From Epiperipatus broadwayi (Eukaryota; Animalia; Onychophora), in assembly GCA_028023455.1 (NCBI GenBank), contig JAQFVV010000007.1, positions 15,624,001-15,688,000 on the forward strand: a stretch of 64,000 nucleotides of DNA, read 5' to 3'. The notes under the pieces were generated by a model that saw only the letters and a program-made list of their open reading frames with translations, made no database searches and was not told where the DNA came from. How positions within the stretch are numbered: position 1 is the stretch's first letter; every line of letters begins with the position of its first letter. Positions 39,161 through 52,867 of this stretch are shown in pieces. A program made the translations under genes and the position numbers.

Positions 39161-40149
39161 TCCTTATAGTGTCTACAAAGAATCTTTTTAGCATCTTTAA
39201 ACAAAATTATGTAAAAATGTTTCCAACATAATATTTCAGATTTTTTTTAGATATTATTTGATTAGAATGTAAATAGGGTAATTGTGAAACAATTTATTGC
39301 AATACTCTGATGATCCAACCAATTATAAAACACAACAGATAATAGTTTATCGAACTGCAGTCATGTAATCTGTATGATGTAAGAAAAACCCAGGAAATAC
39401 AAGCAATGTGGATTTTTTAAAGAATGCAATCAAAATGTCTATTTATGAAATTACAAAATTATATCCTTTGAAAAAAAAAAGTAAAATGAATCACAATTCT
39501 GGTCTTTTTTTCATTATTGGCAATTATTGGTATTAGCCAATCAGTACACTTCTATTGGAAAAGATATAAATATATATTTGGAATTGCATTTTGGATTGTA
39601 TAAAGAGTTGGAAAATTATCAATTGGCAATGTTTTACAATTCAGGATTATATCACAAATAAGGCAGTTTAAATACAAATTGTTAAGGATAGCTTGGCATC
39701 CAGGTGCACTTTGTAATCAACCTTATATCTGATAGCTGTTCTTTATTAAACTAATTTGAGTCTGAATGCATTTGTACAGATTAAAGATGAAAAAAGGGCA
39801 GCCAATAAATATGTGGCTGAATTAATAACCACAAGGGCAAATCTGATGAATGATAGATCATTATGAGGCATTCACAAGATAGTCAGGAACTAATTTTAGA
39901 TAGATAACACAATAGTAATCATAACAATAACAATGAAGATAATATTGATAACTGAACAGTTTATTGCTCAGGAGTTCATAAAAAGTTAAAACATAAAATG
40001 TGACAGACTGACCCATGCTCCATGGACCTTGAATTTCAAAGTCTGCCACTATCACTGCATCAAAACCATGCATGCTAGTAGTAATAATAGTAGTAGCAAT
40101 GCTAAAAATAATAGTAATAATCATTATCATCAGTGTTGGTAGATTATTA

Positions 40150-40385
40150 ATAAGAGCTTTTGGATAATATCATGACATGTTGATAGAAAAGATGATAACA
40201 GATGGATAATTGGAAGTTTTAGTTTGGATCCTGGGAGATTTGTTAAAGATCTAGAGAGAGACCATGGATGAAATAAGGAAATTTGCTGAAGTTATATGGC
40301 GAAGAGAGACTAGATATTGGAGAAATTGGATTAAACTTGGAGAGTCCTTCAGTGAATCAATAATGTTTGAAAAGGATTACGATGA
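40150..40385 (+). mobile_element. RTE LINE 3' fragment
   Basis: gatgataacagatgg...ggattaaacttggagagtccttcagtg...taatgtttga. Confidence 0.7.
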
Positions 40386-40693
40386 TTTATTATCACCTAA
40401 TATTATCTAAAAACATGTAGGGGTTATAAGCCTTGGTTTTTCTGTAATTCATTTAATAATACACACGAATGCATACGTAGAAAAAAATATTGTGATTCAG
40501 TAGTTTATCAGGTGTTTGGATCTGGATAAAATTTAATCTTCATTTATTATAAATGAGTATTATTAATTATGCTAATATAAGGAAAGAAAATCACATGACT
40601 CTTAACTGATTATAATTCTCTAAATAAGTGATATTTTTTTTACTTTTTTTTTTTTTGTTGAGAATGGTGAAGTTTTTTTCTTTTTTGTTGAGA

Positions 40694-41102
40694 ATGGTGA
40701 AGGGCTTTTGCCTTGATTTGATTATTTAAGGCTTGATTTACCTATATATATATGCTGGATGTCATCAAATACGCATGTGTCATGGGAGTATGTTTTTGTG
40801 TTGATTACAATTCCGTATATAATTCTACCTTTTTAGGTTAAATATTTTTAATGAGTGAATATTGCTTTGTCTAATGTAGGAAATGTTTTAGAAAGCTAGA
40901 TGGTGAAGGGCTTTTGCCTTGATTTGATTATTTAAGATTTGATTTACCTATTTATATGCTGGATGACATACAAGTACGCATGTGTCATGGGGGTATGTTT
41001 TTGTGTTAATTACAATTCTGTATATAATTCTACCTTTTTAGGTTAAATATTTTTAATGAGTGAATATTACTTTGTCTAATGTAGGAAATGTCTTAGGAAG
41101 CT
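40694..41102. repeat. Recent tandem duplication, 2 x ~206 bp
   Basis: atggtgaagggcttttgccttgatttg starts at 40694 and 40900. The two units are near-identical. Confidence 0.9.
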
Positions 41103-42989
41103 TACCATAAAAAAAAAAAAGAAACTCTAATTAGCATAATTGTTTTGTAGAAACTAAAAAGCATTATTGTAAAATAATAACAGTTAAGTAAAATTCTACT
41201 CCGTGTGGGAAAGGAAACGCCAACAAATACCCCAGCTTTATAATTTCAATCCGCCTTTTTAATTTTTTTTTTGTAACAATTAGACTATAATTTTTTCCCC
41301 TACAAAGAAATATTTTTTTCTCCATCTCAAATTACTAATTAGATAACTTAGATAGTATTGATTTTTTTTTTTTTTTAAGGTGTTAAATTCTCTTTTGATT
41401 TTTGCACTTAATGAGATATTTTATCATGCAATTTTTGGTTAATTGTTTATACATATGTGAAGTTAATATTAATTTGAGGTAGTAAACGGTTTAATAGTCT
41501 TTGAATATATATCTTAACTTACTATTTTTGAGCTGCATAGATTAGTCTAGTGACTAATCCGATGGATTGGGACCTAAAAGATTCCGATCGAAATTCGTAT
41601 TATCATTTCCGATGTCTCAGTGTCACATGACTTTTTGTTGTGCAGGTTTGAACTCAACAGCTGAAAATTCTTTGATTAAAATTCAGCCTGCCATTCGATA
41701 CTTAAGCATTACATCGCATTTGATTATATTCCTCTGTGTAATTTAGCACAGCGATAGATGCAGGGGCTAAAGTTTTCTAGATCTAAACTGAATCTCTTAT
41801 TTCGGTGTTCAAACATGATACGACCTCCAGATCAACTAATTTGATTATTTTACTTTTGTGTACAATTTCATTATTTTAATTTTTCTTCTAGTTACTATTA
41901 TTCAAATTATTGTTACTTAACTACTGTACTTCCGTATCTGTTTTGGTACAATGGTTTAGCAGACTCCGAAACTCATGATCCATTGATCATGCAGTCTATC
42001 ACTTCCCCTCAAACTTCTTATGAATTTCCGACCAATAAATCATTCAATTATTTAATCCACTAGAGGGAGCCTAGGACTCCAGTTTTCACTGTTTCAGGCT
42101 CCCTGTTTTATTCACCAAAGTCATAGTCCATTGTTGGATTCATAGAAGAAAAGTTTATCAAAATGTAAGTGAATATCTGTTTTATTGTTTTTTCATCTTT
42201 ATGATAATTGAAATTATCTATCATTCCGTTTTATGCAAATGGTATGCGATTAGAAATAGACAAAAAGCTAGTTTAAGTAATTATTGGAATCATTAAAATA
42301 TTATAAACCTTTAAAAAATAATTTTAAATGAAACCAAATAATTCTAAAAAGAATAGACTCTAGAAATCCTAATTTTATTGATAGAATAAACGAAATTCAT
42401 TTGGACATCAAATCTCATAGAAAACGTGGAATATAATATGTTAACAATGATGGTTTTAGGAATTTTATCTTTGCATCAGATTTTAGCAGTGTTAAACAAG
42501 TTTTAAATGTTAATTCGATCTCAATTTTAGAATTGAACATTATAGAAAATAACCTAAGCTATCTCCCTGCACAAAAAATCAGGTTTCTCTAATGATCAGA
42601 ACAGAAGTTATTACCTCCCTTCCGGTGGATTGGGGGCCACAAAAAAAAATATAAAAATTTTTTCAAATCAACACAGAATTACAATGAAGTGATTGGTTCC
42701 TGAGCTAAAAAATAATGATCTAAAAACAAAAATGAGTACAAATGTTGTTTTAGACCTAAACAGAGACATTGAAGCTGCAAATTAATCACATTCTTTTAAG
42801 CAAAAATTATTTAGAATTTTCCAAAGTTTAACAACAAACTTTCAGATTATACTTAAATCATTGATTACTAATCAAGACCCTAAAATTCAATCAAAATAAG
42901 CAGGATCCAATTAGTATCAACAAATAAAAATCACTGTGAACTCTGAAGGACTTTGGTTGGTGGGTTGAACAGCTACTGTGAACTTTTGC

Positions 42990-44030
42990 AGACACAGGGA
43001 GTTTGATAATGATTAAGGGTGGATGTTCAGCTCCATTGACCTCAGTATGCAAGATGATATGGACAAATGATGTGTTCTCATGGTGTGCAAGTAAATCTGG
43101 TTTGATTTCAAGACTATATGAATTAAATGTATTGGTGGGTGTGAGTTTGCATTCCCTTTTTCTCGAGTGTGGTGATAGTGGTCATAAGGGGCATTGTTCA
43201 TTTGAGAGGGTGGTCGACGGTCATTGTCCAGCTTGGGAATACCTGATGGAAGGTGAAAGTCACTACTTTCACATGGACTTCGCTGTGAAGGCTACTACAC
43301 CCCTTGATGGATTATTTGATAGGTCAGTGTTGATTTGCACTCACTATTATTAGGTTTCATTTGTTAGGTTTAAATTTAGTGCATTTGTAAGGTGGTTAGT
43401 CTGCTTTGGGCCACCACCAATTTTTGTAACATTGATGGAGTTTTGTTCTAATATTTTGTGGGTGTGGGTCTGTACTCCACTTTTCTTCCTTGGAGGTGGC
43501 TGATGGCAGATGTTAGGTGTCTGGTTTATGGTGAGGGCTGTTGACAGTTTTGCTGCTACCCAGAGTACATGCCAGGAGGGTACATGGTCAAAGTCTCAGT
43601 GCTATTCCTGTTCTAGTCAGCTGCTGTGTCCCTGATAGGCTGGTTTTGGGCAGTGTCAATCTGGCTCATTACTTATTACTTCTTAGTTTTTTCTCAAGTT
43701 GGCTTTCCAATTTTGGGTAGGTATACCGATTGTGGTCCCCACCCATTTGGACTGCTAATTGGGAGGCAGAGGTATCTGGAATGGTCTTGACATGGCTTGG
43801 CTGTGGATTGAGAGTTTATTGCTTGGTGAACTTGGGCCTTGGACCTCGCTGCCTGTTGTGGGGGTTGGCACAATGCTGGACTTCACCACCTATTCAACTG
43901 AAGCATTTGGTTCTTCACTTCATGGCCCAGGGGTGGGATCATTGGGTAATGGTTAACTTCTCGTCAGCCAGGCTGTGTGCATCCACGTACAGATACACAT
44001 TAATCACATTACAACAATTTTTATGGATGT
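42990..44030 (-). mobile_element. Possible R2-superfamily (restriction-like endonuclease) non-LTR retroelement remnant
   Basis: A GC-richer block. The - strand gives SIKGCSSLHSEVH (decayed zinc-knuckle-like) followed by LEIKPDLLAHHENTSFV (KPDL at 43092-43103). Confidence 0.4.
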
Positions 44031-44279
44031 AATTGTTTTTGAACATATGTACATTTTACCTTGTTACATTGAACACTGTGTAATTATCAATAGGTAAGTG
44101 CACCTGAAAATTTTTGTAATCTTTTATTAATAAAGATTATCTTTGAAATTAAATCATTCAATTAATTAATCATTGTGCTATATATAATGTTATAGTTACA
44201 TTGGTTGTGATCTCATTACTGAATGTTTTTAAAAAAAAAATTGTATATACTGTATATTTTTTTGTTTTATTAACTCACA

Positions 44280-44560
44280 TCATCATCATCATCATTTTCC
44301 ATCATGATTGGACCACTACAAGATGAAGGTTTCTGTAAACCAGCTTCTGCTATTCTTCTTAACATCACATCTGCAAATTGCCTTATTTCATCCATCCATC
44401 ACACTTGTAGTCTCTTTCTGTTTTTTACAATCTCTTGGGATACTACTTAAAATATCAACTGTCTATTTATTATCATCTCATCTAACAATATATCCAACTT
44501 AGTATCATTTCAATCTCTAATTTTTTAAATAATATCACTGATGTCTGTTTGTTCCTTTAT
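44280..44560 (-). mobile_element. RTE LINE 3' fragment
   Basis: (CAT)n tail then ccactacaagatgaaggtt...catccatccatcacacttgtagtctcttt, the reverse complement of the family end. Confidence 0.75.
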
Positions 44561-47339
44561 TCATATATTTCATTTTAAAACTTTTCCTATGAATCTAAAT
44601 GTAGGCAGATTTTATTGGTCCATGCCTATTTTTTGTATTTCATTTGTGTTGTTAATATTAATAATATAAATCTATTTCTCCACTTCATTTCTGCCACCTA
44701 GTGTAAGCTTGAGATGATAGTGTTAATAAATACATATTCAATGCTATCTTATTATTACTCCCAGACTATTTTCTAGCTTATGGCTTTCATTAGTGAGGGG
44801 TTTTGAATCTGGATCTAGTACCTGTATTTCAATTTTTTAGATCTAATTCAGTTTTCCCCAAACAGTCATTATTTTACTCCTTTTTTACTATCAAGCTATC
44901 AAACTGAAATTCAAAATCATCTTAATGTTTTGAATCTATGCCAAATTGTTTTTGGAAGTTAGGTAGATCTGATAGTAGTCCAGAATCTACACATTTTGTG
45001 TGTCTCAGTTTTTTAATAATAGTAGAGATGTATTTTTTTGGCCAAGGTTATTATAACCCTAATGAAATATCATGTGACATTTGCCTACACTTTACTTTTA
45101 AGTAGATAATCTATTTCTCCCACTCCAATTTTTATCACCTTATGTAAGCTTGAGTAATGCTGTAATGTTATTTAGTAAATCTCCATTCAATGCCTTTCTC
45201 TCCATATTGCCAGACTAGTTTCTAGCTCATCATTTTCATTAATGAGGGCTGAGGTGCATCAGATTCAGATCCAAAACTTTCAGCTTTCTTACTTTGCAGT
45301 GCCTAAACCTCTTATGAAATCCTGACTAATAAATCATTTGATTTATTTTCAATATTTATTATTGTGTATACGTTGCTATCTCTGTACTGTGTGCATAAAT
45401 ATTCATTACAATATATTATGTATTGTGCAATGAATTACTTTAAAAAATTGATCACAATATTGGAAATCATAATTCAACATCTTTAGAAGTATGATATCCC
45501 CTCCCTTAACTAAAGTGAAGGCATCAGCCCACCAATTCTCATCTGATTAAATCAATTAACCTGGTGTATGTACTCTCCAGTTAGTAATATTTAGATATCT
45601 ACTTACTGATTAGCATTTGTTGAATGACCAGCTTTATTGATTATTAACCATCTAAAGTTTGCATGATTCATATTTGAACTCTAATGCAGAAGTTTGTTAC
45701 CTGATCATAAAGAAGTAAATAAATAAAAGCATACTATCAAACAAAATTTATTTTTAGAAAGGAGTTTTGTTTTTATGAGCTAACCACATTCTTCATAAAA
45801 TAGTTTGATCATTATTATTAAAATATTCATCCACTTAAAAACAATTCTGTCTGTACTAGATTTGAACCTATCTTCAAAATAAGATAAATCATTCAACATT
45901 ATATCATGAGATGTTTTATGAGGTGTATGTGAATATAAATTACATATGTAAAACCATAATCAAGGATTCATGATGCATTGATTAGCATTACTTTCATGTC
46001 TGTGATCTGGGATTCAAATTAGAGCCAGGTAAATCTTGGAAATTTTTACACTTATTTATCAGACATAGGTTTAGTCGTTCTAATTAATTTTTTGTCAGTA
46101 AGCATCTATCTAAACTTGGTTAGAAGGTGAATTCTGGTTTGAAAACTAATCAAACCATCATTTTCCAGCAATTGGCAAGTTTTGTGAGCAATACCTACCG
46201 TTTCTTTGCTGTTCTTCTCTAAGATGTTACCGGAGAGACCTTTGTTGTACATCGGCCTATTTAAAGGTTGTTTTACGTTTATACATTTACACTTTCCCCA
46301 TATATACAGAAAACATATTCAATTCTTTTTTTTTTTTTTTTAATTTAAAAGATGAAAAAAAAAAAAAAATAGAAATTATTTTTAAGGTCTTGCAACTTTA
46401 ATAAAATTGTGTTGAAATTATAAAATTACAGATTTTTTTTTTTCTATTATTAAATCAATCAAAGGATTTTTTTTATTATTATTCTGAGAGAATGTAACTT
46501 AATTATATTGAAAGAGATGGGGAACCTTCATTACATTTTCTTTGCGAAACTCTCAACCAGTCCTTTAATAAAATTTTAAAATTAGAATTCTTTTTTTATC
46601 ATTTATTTCATTTACATAAAACTCAACGTTAAAAATAAAAAAATTCAAAAGTCATAAAATATATGTCATCCGACTGAATAAGATCAGAAAGAATTTCTCT
46701 CATCTTCCTTAGTTTTTCATCTTTTTCACCTTGAATTCATTTTTTTTCTTTCTACCGGTAAATTTCGTTAAATTGGAGGCCTAGTTATATTTCATAAAGG
46801 TCTAACGTTATTTTTATCATTTTAAATTACGCTTAATTTTAATAAAATGTAATAGAGTAAATTTGACTACTAATTCCCTTTTAAGAAGATAATAATGATA
46901 GTATGGGAAGAAAAGATTAATAGTTAGAAGAATTTAAATTAACTTTTCTAGAAAATACATATAGATTTATTTTTGCCATTTAATAAGTTTTGGCTTTTTT
47001 TTATTATTTTTATTTTAAAAAAAAAAAAAAGATTTTTTTTTTTCAAATTGGAATTTATTTTTAGAAACTCTGAACAATTCATTTTCTTCTTTATTACTGG
47101 AGCAAGCAACGAGGTGTGTATTGTTTAATATTAGAGTTACATTAAAAGAAAAAAAAACGTAATTATAAATTCACTCTCCTTATTCTCTTTATTACTAAGT
47201 TATCTATTATTAAGAAGGGCAAGTTCATTATATCATAACCCTTAATGTTACACAGTGTTGTAAAAATTTGTTGGAATTGTATATTTTCAAGTTTTTTTTT
47301 AGTTTGTATCATTACATCCCTCACTTCAAATTCCATCGT

Positions 47340-47592
47340 ATACCAAACCATCCATCGGCACCGAAAATTAATCCTCTCTCTTTCACCATGTGTACATTTC
47401 AGAACAACCTCCATTTTTTAGGTAAACTTAAAGATAAAACACATGCAATAATTTCAAATTCTATTATATACCAAACCATCCATTGGCACCGAAAATTAGC
47501 CCACTCTCTCTCACCATGTGTACATTTCAAAACAACCCCTCCATTTTTTTTTTAAGGTAAGCTTAAAGATAAAACACATGCAATAATTTATA
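47340..47592. repeat. Tandem duplication, 2 x ~128 bp
   Basis: ataccaaaccatccat(c/t)ggcaccgaaaatta starts at 47340 and 47468. Confidence 0.9.
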
Positions 47593-50029
47593 TATATTTA
47601 AAACTTTCTCTCTACCACACAATTTTAAAGCATGTGAAGAAACACATCTGAAAAAGAGAAATGACCTCTATGATGGAAATTTCATGCTGTCTGCACTTAT
47701 CAGTAGGCCCATATCATAGTCTTACCACCTATCTCATCATTTGGTCAGTATTTGTCAATATCAATGTATACATATATTTTCAGGTTTCTGGTTTTATCAA
47801 CATATCCATTCTCCATCTCAATTCTACCATACAACCATCAGCACATAAGATCACTGTTTGATTATTGCAAAAATTGATAAGTAATTAGAATGATATATCT
47901 ATCTATAAATGTACTTATTTAGCATTAACCAAAACAATTGTTTCATCATTATTGAATGTATTTATAGTTCTTTTGCTGTTTGTCTGTACATTTATTTGAA
48001 GATGCTTTATTTAAAAAACATTATACTTTGAAAAGAATATGCCATTAATCTAAAATCACTAGTTCCAGGCTTTTTGAATATGTTTTGAATTTCAAGAATA
48101 AATATTTTACTCTCATTTCAAATACAAACTCATCCAATATATATATATATAAAGAAATTTAAGGAAATGTTTTCATTAACATAATTACATTAAAAAGTAA
48201 AAACTAAATTTTCTTGAGTTTTCCCAGTATTTTTGATATTATTTGACTAAAAATGATAGTATGGGATACTCAGTTTAGAGTTATTCAATGTAACAAACTA
48301 TTTACCAATATGAACCCACTACCCTTATACTTACTGCTGCCTAATACTAAGAATATTTAAAAAACTGAAGAAAATTTCATTATTTTCCTTTTTAGTGCAT
48401 TTAAAAGCATTTTTCTATGTTTTAATTTTATAAAAATTTATAAAGAAAAATGTTTAGATACAAATTAATATCACTAGATGGCAGTACTGTAAAGAATATT
48501 GAATCCCATATAAAACTAAATATTTTATTTTGTTGCTAATTTTTTGCTAAATTTCTTTGCAACCTTTAAAAAAAAGGGAACATGAATATATATGAATGCA
48601 AAGATTCCTGCTAGATCAGAAATTAGAAAGTGGGTGAAAATTGAGTGAGTAGATTTTATTTTAATGAAAACAATAAAAAACAGAGTAAGTTAAAATGAAA
48701 GTATTTTGGAAAATGACAACTTATTGTAACTAGGTTTATTATTTTATAAGTATTTATTGATTTGTTGTTTTGAATTAAATTTTTGTTTGTAATATACATA
48801 CTTATTAATATGTACATGACTTGTAATAGTCAAAAACTGGTTAAGCAAAACATTTTATGGAAGCTATTCTCTGTACATTCTTCCTACATCTATTATTACA
48901 TTTTAGTCTGAATTAAAGCTTATAATTTTATAGTTATATAAAGATGATCTGTAAAATTTTGTTTACATAATAAATATGTCAATCAACTAGTTAATACAGT
49001 TTGTGCAAAATAAAAATATTATGGTGATATGTAATCTTTTTTTATCTATTGGTCTTATTCTGAAATCTACAAGTTTCCTATTCTCATGTTTTATAACTTT
49101 AATCTTTCTTTTAACTTTAATATTATTCTTTTATTGTGACTTAATTGATTTATTTATTTTATTTGTAATGTTTTATTACTAATATTTAGCAAAATAAGTA
49201 TTTTGATAAATGGGTAAAAACATAAATGATGAATAGACAGTTATGCTACCTGTATAATTTTTGAACAGGAGGTGAATTAATCCAGGTGTCAGATCAGGTA
49301 ATTATCGATTGGAATCTCAAGAGCAAATGCAACTTATTAAAAAAAAGTTATTTTTTATATGAGCAATTGATATTGACAAATTTCTGCCCCCCAACTCCCA
49401 TTTTTGTGTCTTTCAATATCACAGTGAATTGTTATTTAAAATTAATTTGCAAAAAATAATTTCTAAGACATTTTTGTTTTGCTTTCATTATACAGAAAAA
49501 TATTCTATTTTATTGTTTTATAACAAAAATGTTAGTTATATTTTTAATGATTGAGAAAGATAATAAGATGACCATTTAAAAGATGCTTCTTGACATCAAT
49601 CACACATGCAGATGGTTTGCTTAAAACTTATAAATTCAAATTTATGAATTTTTTAAAAAATTTTAATTTAATATTATTTTTAAACAATAGTTTACTGAAT
49701 CCATAGCTGGCAATAGGAGAGAGGTCTATTATGTATGAAAAGGTTATAAACATTGTATACAAAATATTACTATTTAAAACCTATAAAACCAACTGAAATG
49801 TTCTATTTATGTATTAACATCAAACATTTGTATTCAACATTTCACCTTCTATTTCAATTTTCATGTAACCATCCATTCTTTTTGTGGATGCACAGCAGAT
49901 CCTCATATATGTGGTAATGAAATATCAACCCCTCTACTCTTAGTGAATCTATTTAAAGCTGGTTTCTATTTTCTTATCAGTAATTAGAATGTCAGCTATT
50001 ATGTCATAGAAATATCATCATGATCATTC

Positions 50030-50310
50030 ATTATCAATCCATTATAGGATTAAGGTCTCTCCATACTCAATCCATCTTCTCCAATCTCTAGCCTTTCTTC
50101 TCCACATCACCTCTGCCTCCTTTCTTATTTCAGTCATTCATCTCACATGTGATCTCTTTCTGTGTCTTTTACAATTTCCTGGATTCCACTTTTAAGATTT
50201 ATATTGTCCATTTGTTATCATCTTTTCTAGCATTATGTTCAGCTCTACTCCATTTCATCCTTTTAATTCTTTCAACAATATCAGTAACACCTGTTTGTTC
50301 TCTTACCTAT
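50030..50310 (-). mobile_element. RTE LINE 3' fragment
   Basis: cattatcaatccattataggattaaggtctctcc..., the reverse complement of the family end. Confidence 0.8.
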
Positions 50311-50959
50311 ATGTATATCATCTATCTGTAAATTATTTTACCAGCACTACCTATGAAAGAAACAAAGTTTAAATAAAGCAGCATAGGTAAAAATCAAACC
50401 TCTTATCTATAGGAATTTTCAAAGTTTAAAATGATTACTGCGATTAATCTTGCTTCATATATATAATACCTGTATAAAGTGTTTTGTTTATTAGATTATT
50501 AATATCTTAGTTGATTTGGTTTAAAGCTTCTTGTTTATATTGCTCTGAATTTCAATATTCTTAATATCTTCACAGCCTATAGGTAAGTAGTTCACCTTTT
50601 ATTTATGTTATATTGTCAGACTTCATGTTTGTTTTGTAAGTAGGATTTTTGAAGTAATTGAATAATATGTGATATTTCTATATTTGAATTTCAGCTAGCA
50701 ATCTGCAATTGGTTCTATTTCTGTTTTATAATGTACATAAAGATTTTTAAAATGACTTTAATCAAAATATTAACATTATATTAACATTTATAAAGAAATC
50801 CTTCTAAATCAATGCTAAGTATCGCCTTTAAAGCCCACACACTTAACTAGCTTTATGACTGTTTTATTCATCACAAGGTACATTCATGAGCTTGGATTGA
50901 AAATATTATTGTGTTTTCAGTTTAATTCTCATAGTTTTGTAGTTAAGTAAAGATAAAAG

Positions 50960-51215
50960 GTGGCTGCTGTATAGAGATCCTAAGATCTAGGTTAAGTGCT
51001 CTCAGATCCAAGACTCCTCACTGACTAAAGCCATAAGCTAGAAACTAGTCTGTAGATATTGGATGAGTTGACACTAAATGGGGATTTTATGCACAATCCT
51101 TCTGGCATCCATTGATTACTCTGGCTTGCACTGAGTGGCATTACTGTATGGAAAGTTTTGCCTGTTTTAATAACAGTTATGAGCAAGCATAAGAAATGAT
51201 CATGTGATGTTTAGT
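50960..51215. mobile_element. Family A element copy
   Basis: Shares gcatccattgattactctggcttgcactgagtggcattactgtatgg and the flank gaaatgatcatgtgatg with the copies at 1225-1350 and 56834-57055. Confidence 0.6.
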
Positions 51216-52697
51216 AGTTTACATTCATGACACTAAGTGGTTTCAAACTTGGCAGCTTTTTTAATGCTCTCAAGCACATTTGTATAACATTTATTAATGT
51301 CTATGCATCTAGCATTATGCCTCTTTTGAATTCAGTTTCAGGTGATTATCTACACAAAGTTTGTTGATTATATGATGCTTTTGGTAAGGGCAGTAGAGGA
51401 TACATTATTTAGCATTGATATTTATATTGATTATCTGCTTTATAAGATGATTTATTTAGCACATGGAATACTTTTCTGATAGTGTAACTCATAATTATTA
51501 ACAAAACATAAATGAACATATAGAGATTACTAGTGGCTCAATTCTGTCACTATAGCCATTGATTTGGTAATCATTATCAATGTGGTTAATAATGGATAGG
51601 TGATAGTCTTCCTATGGCTCACCTTGCAAATAGTATGCATTACCATGTGAAACCAATACCCTTACCTGAAAACCAGACTTCATCTTGATAAACTCCTGCT
51701 TACAGACAGAAATATTATAAAAATGCATAATAAAAGTAGTACATTTAAAGGGACACTGATTAAGAAGTTCACTCCCCTAGTTGTTCATTTTTGTCATGTA
51801 CCCATAAATCTTTAAGCAAGAGGTTCATAGTAGATAAATGACAATATTTCCATGACTGACACTGCAAATAGTATGCAGAACCAATGTTTCCATATGAAAA
51901 ACAGATTTCATCTTGATGAAAGACAGTAAATTATGTAAATATACAATAAACCTTATATGAGGATAAGTAGCTGATACTAATTTCTGTATTAGTCTTTTCA
52001 TTCCATTTAAAGGGTCACTGACAAAAGTCTTTGCCCCACGGTGTGTTTTTTTAAAGATACTATTTAGTTTTTATTTTGCATCCAATTAAATGTGATGCAT
52101 AAAGGATCTACTTCTTTCAAATGCATTTTTATGCCTGCAGTGTTTATGATTGATTTCACAGTATTCATATGTATATTTTGCTCTCATTACATATCACTTT
52201 TCATTTCAAAACTGAAAGACACAAATTGCTACTTGCTGTCATTGAAATGTCTGCAGACTGTTTTTTTGAAAAGTGTCTTACAGTTTTTTTTTTCAATTTT
52301 GACTATTCATTTGTCATCTTTGCTTTAGCTATCAGCCTGCTCTTTGACATTTGAAAAAATAATTAACTAGTAAAAGAATTAATTGAACAACTTAGAAAAA
52401 AGAAAAAGAAATCTAGTTTCAGTAGAATAAATCTTGTTACTGTTGACATATCATTGAAGTACATGTATTTTTTAATGAAAATTAATTCATTATAGAAGAT
52501 AGGTATAAGTGGGAAACTAGGCTTCAAGGCATGGCTGCTAGCATATCCACCAGTGATGTCACAACCTTGACTTTGAATCCAGAATTTTTTTGGTTCTATG
52601 CAAGTTTAGGATTTAACTTTTGTATAATTGCTTCATAATAATATTATAATTTTATCTTTGCTATTGCATTGCCAAATTCATATAATTAATATAATTT

Positions 52698-52867
52698 ATA
52701 TTCTTTATTATTTTTTACAATGCATTATTGACAGTTTTGATTGCCCATCAATCTTCTTCAGAATTTCTACTTATATTTCCAAGTAGAAGTTCTGAAGAAG
52801 ATTTCTGGAGCAGTCGAAACTGTCAACAGTGAGTTGTAAAAAAGCATTGTAAATAATAAAGAATATA
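52698..52867. repeat. Long imperfect palindrome (hairpin)
   Basis: Three paired blocks: tcttcttcagaatttctactt/aagtagaagttctgaagaaga, ttgacagttttgattg/cagtcgaaactgtcaa and tattctttattatt...caatgc/gcattg...aataataaagaata. Confidence 0.85.

Noticed and set aside
43003-44032. Four ORFs of 62-116 aa as host genes
   Set aside because: They are better explained by the GC-richer decayed retroelement on the opposite strand.
28649-50582. Three + strand microexons (28649-28655, 37554-37584, 50576-50582) that join exactly into MSSIGDVLEILRSL*
   Set aside because: The middle piece lies antisense within the 266-nt open exon of the - strand gene, and such signals arise by chance in 64 kb. It is attractive but unsupported.
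51742-52040. TTAAAGGG(A/T)CACTG as Kolobok-type termini
   Set aside because: Both copies are in direct orientation within a local duplication, and I found no inverted partner.
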